The translations under genes were made by a program, and so were the position numbers. Below, piece by piece: positions 37,280 through 49,519 of a DNA stretch of 64,000 bases. The notes under the pieces are model-generated. The model did no database searches, had not been told where the DNA came from, and saw nothing but the letters and a program-made list of their open reading frames with translations. The stretch's first letter is position 1. Each line of letters starts with the position of its first letter. Source of the stretch: Takakia lepidozioides (Eukaryota; Plantae; Bryophyta). The stretch spans positions 71,610,001 to 71,674,000 of the forward strand of contig CM060731.1 in assembly GCA_030704615.1 (NCBI GenBank). Reading direction: 5' to 3'.

Positions 37280-38605
37280 GGGTGAATGCAGGGCTGACTG
37301 GACCAAAATGGACGTTGCCAGCTCTACAATCATGAATCCGATAAGAAATGGCTCCGCTATGGACTTTTGAACACCGTCATTGTGGACTGTTAGCGCAATG
37401 AATGGAATTACAATGAACTCAAGTTCTCCTATGTGTCATTAGTGAATTCCATTGAAATTGGACATAAGGTGGCCATTTTGGTCCACATCATAGGTATGGA
37501 TTTGAAGTGACAAAATCATTTGTCATTTGAATCATATGGACTAATATATGTGAAACAAATAGGCGTTTTTTGAAAAGTCCATAGCTCATCTTGTTTTTTG
37601 GATTTTGGGTGTCATTTTTTTTCTAGAAGTATAAAAACCTATAATCTTCAAGGGCTAGGTGTCATATTGAATTTTTTTTGTAAACTCTAATTTTTAGTTT
37701 TTCATAATTTCTCTAAATAATATACTATTTTTTTAATAAATTATATCTTTAATATTTGGGGTAGGATTCTTTACTAAATATGTTCAGTATACCATTATCT
37801 ATCACTAAAAAAATAGTTTGGGATAGTATCCTTAACTTTGTTTTTTGGTCATGGACTTTCATGGAGCAGGATCTGCCGTTTTTGGTCCACTCAACCCTGC
37901 AACGAGGGAATTTATCCAAATATTTAATTTTGATGATAGATATGATATATTTAAACACTTTTAGTAAAAAGTCCCACCCCAAATAGGCTAGAATTTTTTT
38001 TATTAGAGATTTTAGTATTTAATTCTGAAAAATAAAAATAAAACTATTTTTTTATTTCTAATAACTATAAATTTTTGATTTTTTTTTCCATATATCACCT
38101 GGCACCTCCAGATTATGGGTTTTTACACCTTTTTAGTAATGATGATATCCCAAAAACCTCTAAATGATGATGATGTGCATTAGGGAAAATACACTACAGT
38201 TTGGGCCCAGTGTTTAGTATAAATTAGTCCATACCTCTCATTCATTGATGTTTTTAGTCCATGGAAAAGTGCATTTGGGTAGCTTTCAAAAATGACACCC
38301 CTAATGTGTTTTTCTTTTTGCTATTACTTAGGTGTATATGATGTTTTTTTAGTCCATATCGTTTTTCATGTGTAACACTGCAGTCCATAAGATTCAACTT
38401 TAAAAGTCCATAGCTCTTTCATAGATGATCTTTTTTACAATAAATTATTTTAAGTATGTCTCTACTGTAGTTACAAATCTTAGACCGTATAAGCTTGTAT
38501 GAAATATTGAGTTGTGATTTTACTATAAAATGTACCATGAATGGAGGTCACTGCAGAAATTGCCATGTTACGCAGTTTTTGGTCCACTGTAGCCTGCAAC
38601 TACCC
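37280..38605. mobile_element. AT-rich non-autonomous TIR element inserted in a PPR relic
   Basis: Imperfect TIRs GGGTGAATGCAGGGCTGACTGGACCAAAA / TTTTTGGTCCACTGTAGCCTGCAACTACCC; PPR codons on both sides. Confidence 0.6.
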
Positions 38606-38880
38606 CGTGGAACGCGATGATCACAGGATATGCCTAGCATGGTTGTCAGAGGGAGGTCCTACAACTATTTGAAGGAATGTAAAATAATGGCTTGAAGCCG
38701 GACAGTCTCACATTTTTGTGTGTTCTCTCTGCATGCAGCCACACTGGCCTACTGATGAAGGAAATCAAGATCATGGTGTCACTCCGACAGTAAAGCACTT
38801 TGGCTGTATGGTGGACCTTCTTTGGACGTGCGAGACAACTGGATGAGGCAATGGATCTGATTAATAAGATGTCAATCAAT
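38606..38880 (+). pseudogene. PPR/E-domain fragment (continues the 37250-37279 KCGCIKDAE piece)
   Basis: WNAMITGYA*HG, FLCVLSACSHTGL, HFGCMVDL..ARQLDEAMDLI. Confidence 0.75.
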
Positions 38881-38959
38881 CATTTTCAGACTTGTCAAAC
38901 TCTAGGGATGCCGAACAGGAGGGACCAGCAGGAATTCGGCCCTCTTTCATTTGAAAAAT

Positions 38960-39133
38960 AAAAATGATATGATAGCTTCGGCAACACTACGTCGTTTTTC
39001 TTCCGGATCGAAAACAATGAAATATGGGATGTATGTATGTAACACCATGGGGATGATCCACCCCTTTTTGTGAAAATTTGAACGTAGTTCTCAGAATTCG
39101 TCGCTAGTAGTGCGGAGCAACGCGAAGCCCTAG
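38960..39133 (+). mobile_element. Helitron family B 3' end
   Basis: GC-rich imperfect hairpin TGCGGAGCAACGCG then AAGCCCTAG|T. Confidence 0.6.
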
Positions 39134-39379
39134 TATTACAGTTGAACCACCTTAATGTGCATGAAGTACTAATGGGTTTACTGGTTTATGTGCAGTGACT
39201 TAACTATGTGATAACGCAAAGGTCTTGAGTTCTAATACTTAGTATGGTCTATTAGTCAATTAATTGTCCCGAGTTACATGACGCCACTTGGTGGATGGTG
39301 GATGGTAATACGTGTCAGTCTTGGGATCAGTTCAAATTGGTTGCAGTTAGATAACAAAGTTTTTTTTTCTTTTTTTCTT

Positions 39380-40014
39380 TTTCCTGCGACGCCCAGAGGT
39401 CGCAGATCGGGGCACACTTCATGGTGCTTGAAGTTTTTGTTGCGACCCCTTGGCAGTCGCAAAATTGGGACGTTTTGGGTGCGACGGCTGTGCCATCGTA
39501 GATCGGGCCCGAGAACGAAGTGCATTAGAGCTCATATGCGACGGTTGGGCCGTCGCTAACCCCCCCTAAACGTTGTAGTGTTTGTCACTACATCCATTTT
39601 GTCGCACCGGAAATATGCCACCGGAAATATGCCATCGGGAATATGGGCATGTGTCTAGATAATGTCCAGCCTGTCAACAAATTAGTTGCGTCCACATGTC
39701 CATTGGAATACGGATGCGTGTTCGGATATTGTATAATATCATCGACGGATTTGCTGCGTCCACGTCGCCTTCGGTGGAAGTGGTTGGAATCACTATATTG
39801 TGAAGTGGTTAGTTTAGCACTGTGACACATCAACGAACATGTGGACTCGAAGGTAAGTGATCGTAACTAGTGACCTTAACCACTAGTGATACATCATGTC
39901 TTTTATCATTGACTTGTCCAAATCCACTGGTTGTTCACACTCTAGTGGTTAGGTGCCTTTTACCACTCAAAATGAGTGGTTATCAGAGTGGTATTATGGG
40001 TTTTCCTTCTAGTG
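39380..40014. mobile_element. CACTA-type termini: TGTAGTG end at 39580, CACTAC start at 39586, TAGTG end at 40014
   Basis: Terminal pentamers, each with its own subterminal repeat set (TGCGAC..GTCGC; CCGGAAATAT; AGTGGTTA). Confidence 0.55.
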
Positions 40015-40097
40015 CAAAGACTCAAAAAGTCCCAAGATACCAACACTTTTATTGGCTAGTCGACCCAATGACCCCATTTTTATAGTTGGGTTGGTCA

Positions 40098-40449
40098 GAG
40101 CATCCCCACCAGGCCCGCTATCAGCCACAGAGAAAGGCAAAATACAGTGTCAGTGAGAAAAACCACAAAAACGGAGCCCTACCAGGGCATGCTAAAACGC
40201 TCGCTAAAATGCAAGCCACGCTCCGGGCACAAAGTTAGACACACGTGGAATCAATCTGGCCGAGCAATCATGAGCGAGCATCCCACTTAACGTGAGCCAT
40301 TGACGAGCGGGAGGTTTGGCGGGCCCGGTACCGTGCCACCGGTGGGGAACATTCCGCCTGCAGCCCCGCCAGCTTCTGGAGGGCCCTGCACATGCCTCGG
40401 TAAATGGCAATTGATGTACCCGTATACCATGCCATCAGTGGGGAAGCTC
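40098..40449. mobile_element. Tourist-like (PIF/Harbinger) MITE
   Basis: TIRs GAGCATCCCCAC / GTGGGGAAGCTC, flanks TCA and TTA. Confidence 0.75.
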
Positions 40450-40839
40450 TTATAACATCTGGCATCTGACATTCATAAGATAAAATAAAAAATGTGGACT
40501 ATTGTGGAAACAAGCGTAACTTATGGTGTCATTTAACCCCGAACGACTATTGCCTTCTAATCCAACATACACATATATGACTTTGAACCCACAACCGGCC
40601 CTGACCAGTAGACCATTTGTTCAAAGCTAATTTTGAAAATGTTGTGACCACATTTTTTTATAACAAACTAATAAAAAAGAATTTGACAATGCGGCAGCTT
40701 AATCATTGATCATTGATATTACAATATGTATACAACAAAAATAAGGTAATGAGGTAAGCCTCGTGACTTTTTGTCACGCTGATTTTTTCATTGACTCATT
40801 TGCAATATGAATTAAAAGACGCCGCTCATTTTAGATTAA

Positions 40840-41540
40840 TAGCGTCTTGAATGCGCAAGCGTGTGGCCTGTGGGCCCCGCCACGTCCAAACAAGGGGTCG
40901 CCCCACCATGGCCGGGTCCACGCCCTAGGGTCTGCCGCTACTTATCAGGGCAGACCCTCTCAGGCAGACCCAGAAACGGTCTGTTGTCTTTCCTGGACTT
41001 TGAATTTTTCAAAGACTTTATGAGTCTTTCCAGGGTCTGCCGCTACTTATCAAGGCAGACCCTCTCTCAAGCAGACCCAGAGACAATCTGCTGCCTTTCC
41101 CGGACTTAGAATTTTTCAGAGACTTTGTGAGTCTTTCCAAACTCAAAAAAGAATTGGTTTACTTCCATCTCTGCTGCCTTTCCCGGACTTAGAATTTTTC
41201 AGAGACTTTAGGAGTCTTTCCATACTCAAAAAAGAATTGGTTTACTTCTATCTCTACGTATCATACTAGCATTCATGGTTTGAAGCCCGCAACCCCTACA
41301 CTATCAAGGATTGCACCCAACCACCGGGGTACCTGCAACTTTCTTCTCAGCCTTCAAAATTTTATTGCTTTGTTCTAAAATTTTGACCTTGGAATAGCGC
41401 ATGCGCCTAAGGAGAGGCTTTCCCGCGGGTCTGCAGGTCTGCCAGTGGTGCATGAGGAGACCATCCCTGCAGACCCGGGTGGGGTGGGGTGACCCTCCCC
41501 TTTTTGCGGGCATGGGGCCCGCAATGCATTCAAGACGCTA
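40840..41540. mobile_element. MITE with perfect 15-bp TIR flanked by TTAA
   Basis: TTAA-TAGCGTCTTGAATGC ... GCATTCAAGACGCTA-TTAA; internal duplications. Confidence 0.8.
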
Positions 41541-41624
41541 TTAAAAATGAGAGCATTAAAAGACTTGCCCCCTTTACTTAAAAATCTAGCAAAAAAACAT
41601 CCTCAAAGTTGAATGAGTATAACC

Positions 41625-41870
41625 TATATATATATTATATATATATATATATAAGGAAACATGGGAGCGACTACTCACAATTCAGGCCCTTGAGGAGGGG
41701 GAAAAATTAACCCCCTTTCAGATAAGCCATTAGGCGGTGGAAACGTCACCACCAGACCAACCGGTCATGAACGATCCACACACCAGGCAGGGCAGCGGGT
41801 TTGAACCCCGAACCACCAGGGTGACACATTGTGCACTTACCAGCTGAGCTACCAGCTGATGTGCACCTAT
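41625..41870 (-). mobile_element. tRNA-derived SINE
   Basis: Minus strand has A box TAGCTCAGCTGG, B box GGTTCAAACC and a (TA)n tail; 3' fragments recur at about 44480-44545 and 44718-44778. Confidence 0.72.
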
Positions 41871-42030
41871 TTTGAAAGAGGATGAAATGATATATTGAAG
41901 CCTTCCCTAAGCCATTTATAATAGGTCACAACAATAGCCTGAATTGTGGGCTGTTCCCTTAAAAAAAAAAAAAAAAAAAAAAAAAAACCCAATAGAAATA
42001 TTATACATCCAATTGTAAATCTTAGTCCCA

Positions 42031-43206
42031 CTAGAAATAAACAGTTGGGGGTAAACCCCTTGGCTCTTCTGTAAGTTGTGTGCGGCACACAGGGCAATGA
42101 CCATGTTTGGTCCATATCATTGTGGCGCATGGTAGACAAAGCCCTGCGTGATGGCATGGTACTAATAATGCCCGCAACCTCTCATCATTCTTCATCTCCA
42201 TAAAGCACACCATGCACTCAGTTGTTTGCGATGAAGAATGTCCTCCTATCATCCCATTTTGATTAGGCCCACGAGCTTGTAACTCCCAACGTAGTTGTTC
42301 CACCATTTGGTTTGCCTCTTCTATCTCTCTAAGTAATTCTGTCTTTGTTGCTGTGTAATTTTCAGATATCTCTTCCTTCTCTCTTTTGTTCTTTTCCAAA
42401 AGTTGTTGCACGGCCATGTGGTTTTTCCACTCCATGAAGTGCGAGTGTAAAGTGCTAGTGAGCCGCTTCCATTCAGAGGTTTGTTTCAGCAACCCATCCT
42501 TGACAGCCATTTGTTGCTGCAAAAGTACTTCCTTGGCTCTTCGATTGATTTCCAAAAACTCCTTGATTTCTTTATGATGTTTTTCTTGAAGGACTGTCTC
42601 AGACGTAAAATGGTTTTGACTAAGCTCTTTAAATTGTTTTTGAAGCTCAACGGCAAACAAACCGTACAACCGAATGCGCTCCATCGTCTCCAACTCTTTT
42701 CTTTGTAGCATCTTCATCTCTTCAGTCAAATCAACTTCGGTGGTGCCATACTGCAGCAAATGGATCAAACGCAAACGCTCAAGACAATCATCAACTAGGA
42801 AAGTAGAGCTCACTAACATTTGTTGTCGCATGATGGTCTCTTGCTCTGCACAACGATCCCGCATGTGTTGGATCTCTTTCATTTTTATTTCTACATTTTG
42901 TAAATAGTGTTTGGAAGCCTCTTCCACAACTTCGGTGGCACGCACTTGTTTTTGTAACTCTTGTCGGCTTTCATCATTACTCTTTATGAACCCTCCAATG
43001 CGATGTTCAAAAGGTGCAATCAAACGAGGATGTTTCGACGCCCTAAACGCCTCCAAATGTTGCCCTGTTGCATCCATCACTTGTTGGCGTTTGGCATATC
43101 CGGACCATGGGGGAATGGGAGTGGGAGAAGATGCAGGCATGCTCCCCACAAAGACATGATTTCCAGCGCACACCCTAGCGTCCCAAAAGGCTCTATGCCC
43201 ATGCAT
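42031..43206 (-). CDS. Intron-free coiled-coil protein with C-terminal RING-HC (zf-C3HC4_3-like), putative E3 ligase
   Basis: 391-aa ORF with long heptad-rich region and CMVC..LVPCHHAGLCLPC..CPVCR; start codon uncertain. Confidence 0.75.
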   Translation of the reverse strand: MHGHRAFWDARVCAGNHVFVGSMPASSPTPIPPWSGYAKRQQVMDATGQHLEAFRASKHPRLIAPFEHRIGGFIKSNDESRQELQKQVRATEVVEEASKHYLQNVEIKMKEIQHMRDRCAEQETIMRQQMLVSSTFLVDDCLERLRLIHLLQYGTTEVDLTEEMKMLQRKELETMERIRLYGLFAVELQKQFKELSQNHFTSETVLQEKHHKEIKEFLEINRRAKEVLLQQQMAVKDGLLKQTSEWKRLTSTLHSHFMEWKNHMAVQQLLEKNKREKEEISENYTATKTELLREIEEANQMVEQLRWELQARGPNQNGMIGGHSSSQTTECMVCFMEMKNDERLRALLVPCHHAGLCLPCATMIWTKHGHCPVCRTQLTEEPRGLPPTVYF

Positions 43207-43886
43207 ATTGTCTCACTATGATCGTTTTGCAATACTCTCACTATTGTACATTGCTGCAAGTATTACTTGTATATAATTTAGCATACATTGAAATTCCACT
43301 TACAATTAAAGTCTAATTCTCTATTGTCTCAAGTGAATATTTTGAGATGAAACTTCCAATGTTTGTAAGGCATATGAATCATTGTAAGGCTTCAATGTAC
43401 ATGCTTTTACAAGTTTTGTCATTCTTGCTACTCAGTGTATGCATCAATCAACCCAATTCTTTTGCTCACCAAATTTTTGTGTCGTTGTCTAGAAAGTGTA
43501 TGTCACATCTGTGAAATAATCACAATATTACAATTAAGGGTTGAAACTCAATATAATCAATATCTTGTTTCATAAATGTAGATAAGAGAATCTGCAATTT
43601 GTAAAGTTAGTATTTTTTTTTGTCACAATGATTCCTTTCATCTCCATCATGTTGGGGTCTTGCAATTTAATCTTGAACTATGTGGAGGAACATCAAGTCT
43701 TATTGTTTTGATATTTGTATCTAGACTTTTGAACGTAGAGTTAACTCCTCTCTGTCTCCCCACCCAAAACAACACCCCCCCCCCCCCCCGGCCCACCTAC
43801 CTCTTTCCCTTTGAGCTTCAAAGGAGGCACCCCTCCATTCCAAAGGTTGTCACCTTTTAAGCGAATTCCAATACCATTTGACTTTA

Positions 43887-44353
43887 CCGTAGTGGGATAG
43901 CCGGTTAGGCACTTGCCTGCCTAATAATTATTTTTTGGGCCATTTGGCAGTTAGGCACTTTTGAGATTTTTTTTAAAAATTAGGCATCTTGGATGTGTAA
44001 TTTTTCAAATTAGGCAACTAAAAATAATGATCACAAAATGAAAACACAAAAATATAAATCTACAGCCGCTGCCATGGATGAAAATTGAAAACTGAGTCCA
44101 TGGATGACGTTTAAAATAAATATCATTTTCAATGGATATCATTTTTAGATTTATTTTTCTATTATAGATTTTTTTTTTAAAATTTAAATTCAAGTTTTGA
44201 TACCATAGGCACTTTTAGAGAAATTTTTGAAAATTAGGCACTGTTTAAAGATAAATATTTTTTAAATTAGGCACTCTTGTCAAAAATAATTTATTTTGAT
44301 TAGGCACTTTTTTTTTCAAATTAATTTCTGCCTAACCGGCTATCCCACTACGG
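43887..44353. mobile_element. Tc1/mariner (Stowaway-like) MITE
   Basis: Perfect 25-bp TIR CCGTAGTGGGATAGCCGGTTAGGCA, TA target duplication, internal TTAGGCA repeats. Confidence 0.88.
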
Positions 44354-45158
44354 TATGTTGCATAGCTAATGCCTTTCAAGATTGGATCGCATTAAATATA
44401 TTTTAAATATCTTATATAATAATATTTTATGGAATCTTATTAGTCATGATATCTTATATTGGTTTTGAATTTTAGTTTGAAGGGGGTTAATTGTTAATTC
44501 CCGCCCTCAACAAGGCCCAATAGTCATGGCTCGGTTTCCTTGCAAAATTAGATAAAAAAATTAATAATGAAGATATCTAATAATAAGTGTTGTGTTGTGT
44601 TGTATTGCCAGGACGCCAGGATAGGCTTATCATTGAAGTCCAAATCTATATAATATCTTTTATAATGGAGAGAAATAAATTTATTTACTTAAATCAAGTT
44701 TTTTTTTTGGTTTGTTTAAAAAAGAAACATGGGGAGCGACTGCTCACAAGGAGGGGGAAAAATTAACCCCCTTTCAGTTATATATTAAATAAATTGAGAA
44801 AACAATGTATGTCAGGCTCTACCATTTTTTATTTTTTTATTTTGTAGAAAGGGTGGAGCCCTAACAATTGAGCAAAGAAAAGGCTATATCATTTATGCAG
44901 GTAAGGGATAAATTCACACTTTCTAGTTAAAATTTTGTATTTTTACTGTGAAAAGATTCTTTATAACTATAGTCGACCCTTTTTGAAATGTTATGCATGA
45001 AGAAAAACTGGCCTTTTTTTATCGTGATTATAATTATGAATAAATGCTATAGATAATTGATTGTCCTAGCAACATACCACTCATTTTGATTTAACAAACA
45101 TTTTGAAAACAAAGGATTAGTGAATTGAGGTTTTTTGTTTAATGTATCATTAGCTAGA

Positions 45159-45720
45159 CTAGGGTAGCCTGTGCCGTTGGCCCAAGTGTCCAGTGTCATC
45201 TAAGTCCAAGTGCAATCCCCTATCCAGAGACTCTGCAGTTTGGGAGATCTAGGGTAGCATTGGCACATGGGTGAAGAATTGAAATCTAAGCCCAAGTGCA
45301 ATCTCCTATGTATCCAAGTGCTTCTCCCATGTAGAGGCCCAAGTGCGACCTCCAGTGTCCAATGTCATATTCTAAACCCAAGTGCAATCCCTTATGCATC
45401 TAGAGACCCTGCAGTTTGGAAGATCTCCACGTCATTGTTCCAACAAAACCCACTTTGCTATTTTTGCAATCTCCCCTGTCGAGGCTTCATATATTGATAT
45501 ATCCAAGTGCTTTGCTATTTTACGCAAATTTCCAGCGACCAAAAGTACTTGAAATTCCAAATCTCCCACGTGAAGGGCCAATCACTGCTACAAGAAAGCC
45601 CACTTTGCTATTTTTCCCGAGTTTCCAGCGACCAAAAGTACTTGGAATTCCACATCTCCCACACCGCGGGTCCAAAAATTATGAGACCAAGTGTCCAATG
45701 TCATCTAAGTCTAGTGCAAT
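45159..45720 (-). mobile_element. Helitron family A, second (5'-truncated) copy
   Basis: Homologous to 14437-15280; intact hairpin plus CTAG|T end. Confidence 0.7.
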
Positions 45721-46121
45721 CATACGTGACAGTATGCATTTGTTTGCAGCAGAATGCCAAGCAATGGGCGAGTGGCTAGCTGAGTTTACATTAAAGGAGG
45801 GCACAGGCTCTCGCAACAGTGAGGAGGGGAGCAGAGCGAAGAGAGCCAATAAAAAGGTTGCAACACCAAACTTGGCAGAAGGATCCAACAAACCTCAAGA
45901 AGTAGACCTTGAAGTACCAGAAGTGAATCCCCCACACCTGGCTGCACCTAAAGGGAATACTCAACCTAAGAAGGGAGACAAGGTAAGCATACCTACTCCG
46001 TCTGAAATTCTAGCAAAAGCTCAATCAGGTGGTCTCATGGACACCTCAGCAGCACAAGTGGTGATATTTCGCATGTCAGAACAGAGTTACATGGTTGGTA
46101 ACTCACAGATTGCAGAGAGGG

Positions 46122-46152
<31 letters not shown>

Positions 46153-46585
46153 CTCCGGTCAGTGGACCGACGTAACTAAGAGCCACCTCGCCTTGCGGCT
46201 ACTGCCCCCTTTCGAGGGTGGGCCCTATGAAGAAATCCGGTGTCCAGGGGACACCAAGTAATCGAGGTAAGGGGGTGTTTAAGGCATCATGGGTACCCAA
46301 GGGTACCCCGAGGGTTCCAAGGAGGCACATGGGAGAGAAGATTCAAGTTGCCGATGTAATATAGAGCCCAGGGGGTTTGAGATGTGTATGGATATGTTGT
46401 GTGGGGGGATTGAAATAGAGACGGATATGGGTGCGGGAGCTGCGATTTGTGAACAAACGCTAGATAGGGGTATGTATGATTTTGGAGGGGGTGTATAGGT
46501 ATGAGTGAGGCTGACCTTGTATAGGGGTGCACTAAGAGGTGTATTTTGGGTGGGGGTGTGTGATGGGGGGATGTTGGGACTATAA

Positions 46586-47550
46586 GTGTACAGACGAACA
46601 GATGTTGAGCAACGGACCTGGGACGGGTATTACGAGTGTTGGTTCAAGAATGATGTTCTCTTCAACGGTCATAGCATGAGCAACCACACGACATACATCA
46701 AAATCGACGGCGGGACCCCCCTGCAGACCCCTCGGGGCCTCTCTCTTGAACATAAATTACTAATAGGACTGATCTTACCGGGCACAACGATTCTCTTCCT
46801 CAGCGTGGGGTTGTGGACTGTAGGGTGTTTTACCATCATTCAAAAATCAAGAAGCCTTCGAATCAAAAGGCTGGAGAAGAAATGGACTGCGTCAAGAGGC
46901 CTGAATATAGATTTCACGTATGATGAGATTCGACTGGCAACGCGAGACTTTGCGGAGGAGATCCGGAAAGGGGGCTACGGGTCCGTGTTCAAGGGAGAGA
47001 TCGGACAGCTAGCCGTCGTGGCCGTGAAACGACTGGAGAAGTTGGGTACTGCTGGAGAGAGAGGATTTGTGAACGAGGTCGACACAATTGGACGCATTCA
47101 TCACGTCAATTTGGTGCAACTCCACGGCTTCTACGCCACAGCTGGTCACAAATTGTTAGTGTACGAGTACGTGGAGAACAACTCCCTTGACAAAACTCTC
47201 TTCCGCAGAGATCAGAAGTCAGATGCGCCTATCCTGGAGTGGAGGTCCCGCTTCAAGATTGCCATCCAAACAGTGCGGGGCCTGACGTTTTTGCACGAGG
47301 ACGTGCCAGGCCAGCGCATCATCCACTGCGATATCAAGCCGGAGAACATTCTGCTCGACTCCACGATGTCCGCCAAAGTGGCAGACTTTGGGCTTTCACG
47401 GATCCTGAATCGGGAGCAGACGCGCACCATGACGACGCACATTCGTGGCACCTCCGGCTACTTGGCTCCCGAGTGGACCTCCGACCACATGCCCATCACC
47501 ACCAAAATTGACGTCTACAGCTAGCTACGGTATGGTGCTGCTCGAGATTG
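46586..47550 (+). pseudogene. S-domain receptor kinase, middle piece (PAN end, TM, kinase subdomains I-IX)
   Basis: CWFK, TM helix, GGYGSVFKG, VAVKRL, IIHCDIKPENILLD, DFGLS, GYLAPEW, DVYS then 4-bp insertion then YGMVLLEI. Confidence 0.88.
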
Positions 47551-48300
47551 AAAGGCTGCAAAGGGTAATCTCCATACGGATAGTCGAAGTTAACTATCCC
47601 AGTCATATGCAGATTGTTGTCGACAGTAGTGTTATTGACGTTGCAAAGAGTGCTAATGGCCTTCGTCCGTGTGCACCCTTGAGATGGATCATTAGCATCG
47701 ACAAACTGAAATCCCCTCAGGACAGAAGCATTGATTAGAGCTGCAATATCCAAAGGGACCGCAAACGCCGGACACGAAGCAGATGTCTGAAAGAGCTTGC
47801 CATTCGACACTCCATGCTTTGGAGCTCCCATTAGTAACCCAACTATAGATGCGTAAATTGCCATAGGAGTCAAACGTTACTCGGCGCAACCGACCTGTCA
47901 AGGTACCCGTGTCATTGCTATTTCCAAGCACACTCGAGCTATTTCCGAACACATTGTTTGCTAGAAACTGACCCTCTGTTGTCAAAACGACGTATGAGAC
48001 GCCTTGCGTTGACAAGGGATTCTGGATAATTGGGCTAAACCAGGTACGCGGAGACGTCCAGTAAGCGATAAGGCTGCCGCTGAACCAAATAAGTGAGTAT
48101 CTACTTTGCGTCCAGCTGTCACGTTTCTGCCATGCGACCATGGCCGTCATATTGGTAAAATAATGCTGGCCCGGCAAGAGAGTGTCAGTGGGCTTGTCGA
48201 AGCTTTGCCACACGGTCTGGTTGAGTCCGTTGAGAAGGACAAAGTTTCCAGTTTCAAGCATGGCGGCGATGGTCACATTCGACTGCAAATTGCACAATTT
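47551..48300 (-). pseudogene. S-domain receptor kinase ectodomain (B-lectin end, S-locus glycoprotein, EGF, PAN start)
   Basis: MLETGNFVL, VWQSFDKPTDTLLPGQ, GNLRIYSW, CFVSGVCGPFGYC..CFCPEG; one frameshift near 47712. Confidence 0.88.
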
Positions 48301-48681
48301 CAGATCGTCATTGTCTGATTTACACTCGAAATGCTTGAAAAACTAGAGGATAACATATATATTTACCGATAACTGCTTGAAATATATAATTCCTATGAGA
48401 CCATGAAGATCTAGGGTAATCCTATATACTCTCCCGTCTGCTTCCAATATAACGATTTATAAGTATCATTGTCCAGCGGATCTACGATTTTTCACGTCAA
48501 CAAGCTATCTCAAGACACATTTGTATAGCAATCTGACGCGTCCATGAGACAACTTGTCCATGTATTTTCACGTGCCAGCATGCATCAAATGACTACTTAG
48601 TTTGATCACATGTATGCATTTTGACTTTCACATCTTGTGGCTACCTAGACTTAGAGGGACCTAAGCGCCAGCTAGGGGGCG

Positions 48682-49410
48682 ATTGTGATGGACTAGTGGC
48701 AGCCTAGTGATGGACTAGTGGTTGCACTAGTGGTGGCTAGTAGCAGCCTAGTGGTGGACTAGTGGTGACTAGTGGTTGTCTAGTGGCAGCCTAGTGGTGC
48801 ACTAGTGGTGCACTAGTGATAGTCTAGTGTTTGGTGTGCACATGTGTTGTGTGGTTTTGGACAACGATGTAGTTGTGTAGCGATATATATGCGCACGACA
48901 GCTGTCAAGTTATTTTACCACTAGTGTGAAATTAGCTAGGAAATAGCTAGCTTTTATATATTGACATTTGGGATTGACCCAAGTGTCAATCTAGGGGCCA
49001 ATACATGTTTGGGCACCTGGCGTTGTTATCTTCACGGCAGATCGCGGTGGGCTCATCTTTATCGAGTTGAGCCTCACCGCGTCTGGCTATGGCGCCGTAG
49101 TGTGGATTCCCCATGGCGTGGGGTGCACTTGGCTCGATTTAATATATGAGTGATGTTTTCATATTGTGATGGACTAGTGGTTGCACTAGTGGTGGCTAGT
49201 GGCAGCCTAGTGGTGGACTGGTGGCGGTGGTGGCTAGTGGTGGCTAGTGGTGGACTAGTGGCTGCACTAGTGGTGACTAGTGGTTGTCTAGTGGAAGCCT
49301 AGTGGTGCACTAGTGGTGGACTAGTAATAGACTAGTGTTTGGTGTGCACATGTGTTGTGTAGTTTTGGACAACGATGTAGTTGTGTAGCGATATGTATGT
49401 GCACAACATG
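48682..49410. repeat. Two copies of a CTAGTGG-based minisatellite block (48682-48900, 49163-49410)
   Basis: About 11-bp units (G/C)ACTAGTGGTG; both blocks end in the same unique tail GGTGTGCACATGTGTTGTG..GCGATAT. Confidence 0.85.
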
Positions 49411-49519
49411 TAGTATTTACAATGGGACTTTATTTATTACATGCACGATCAAAATTGAGTTCTGTCTTCATAAAAGAACCATTGTACCGCCACAAATCTC
49501 ATATCTACGAGACTATGGT

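Noticed and set aside
18417-40014. One giant CACTA element from 18417 to 39580 or 40014
   Set aside because: TIR sequences beyond the pentamer, subterminal repeats and 3-bp flanks (TGG vs TTT or CAA) do not match.
41961-41987. Poly(A) as retrocopy tail of the RING ORF
   Set aside because: Wrong strand: it reads poly(T) on the ORF's sense strand.
45416-46261. 281-aa ORF
   Set aside because: Runs through Helitron repeats, an unrelated fragment and a GA microsatellite; no coherent domain.
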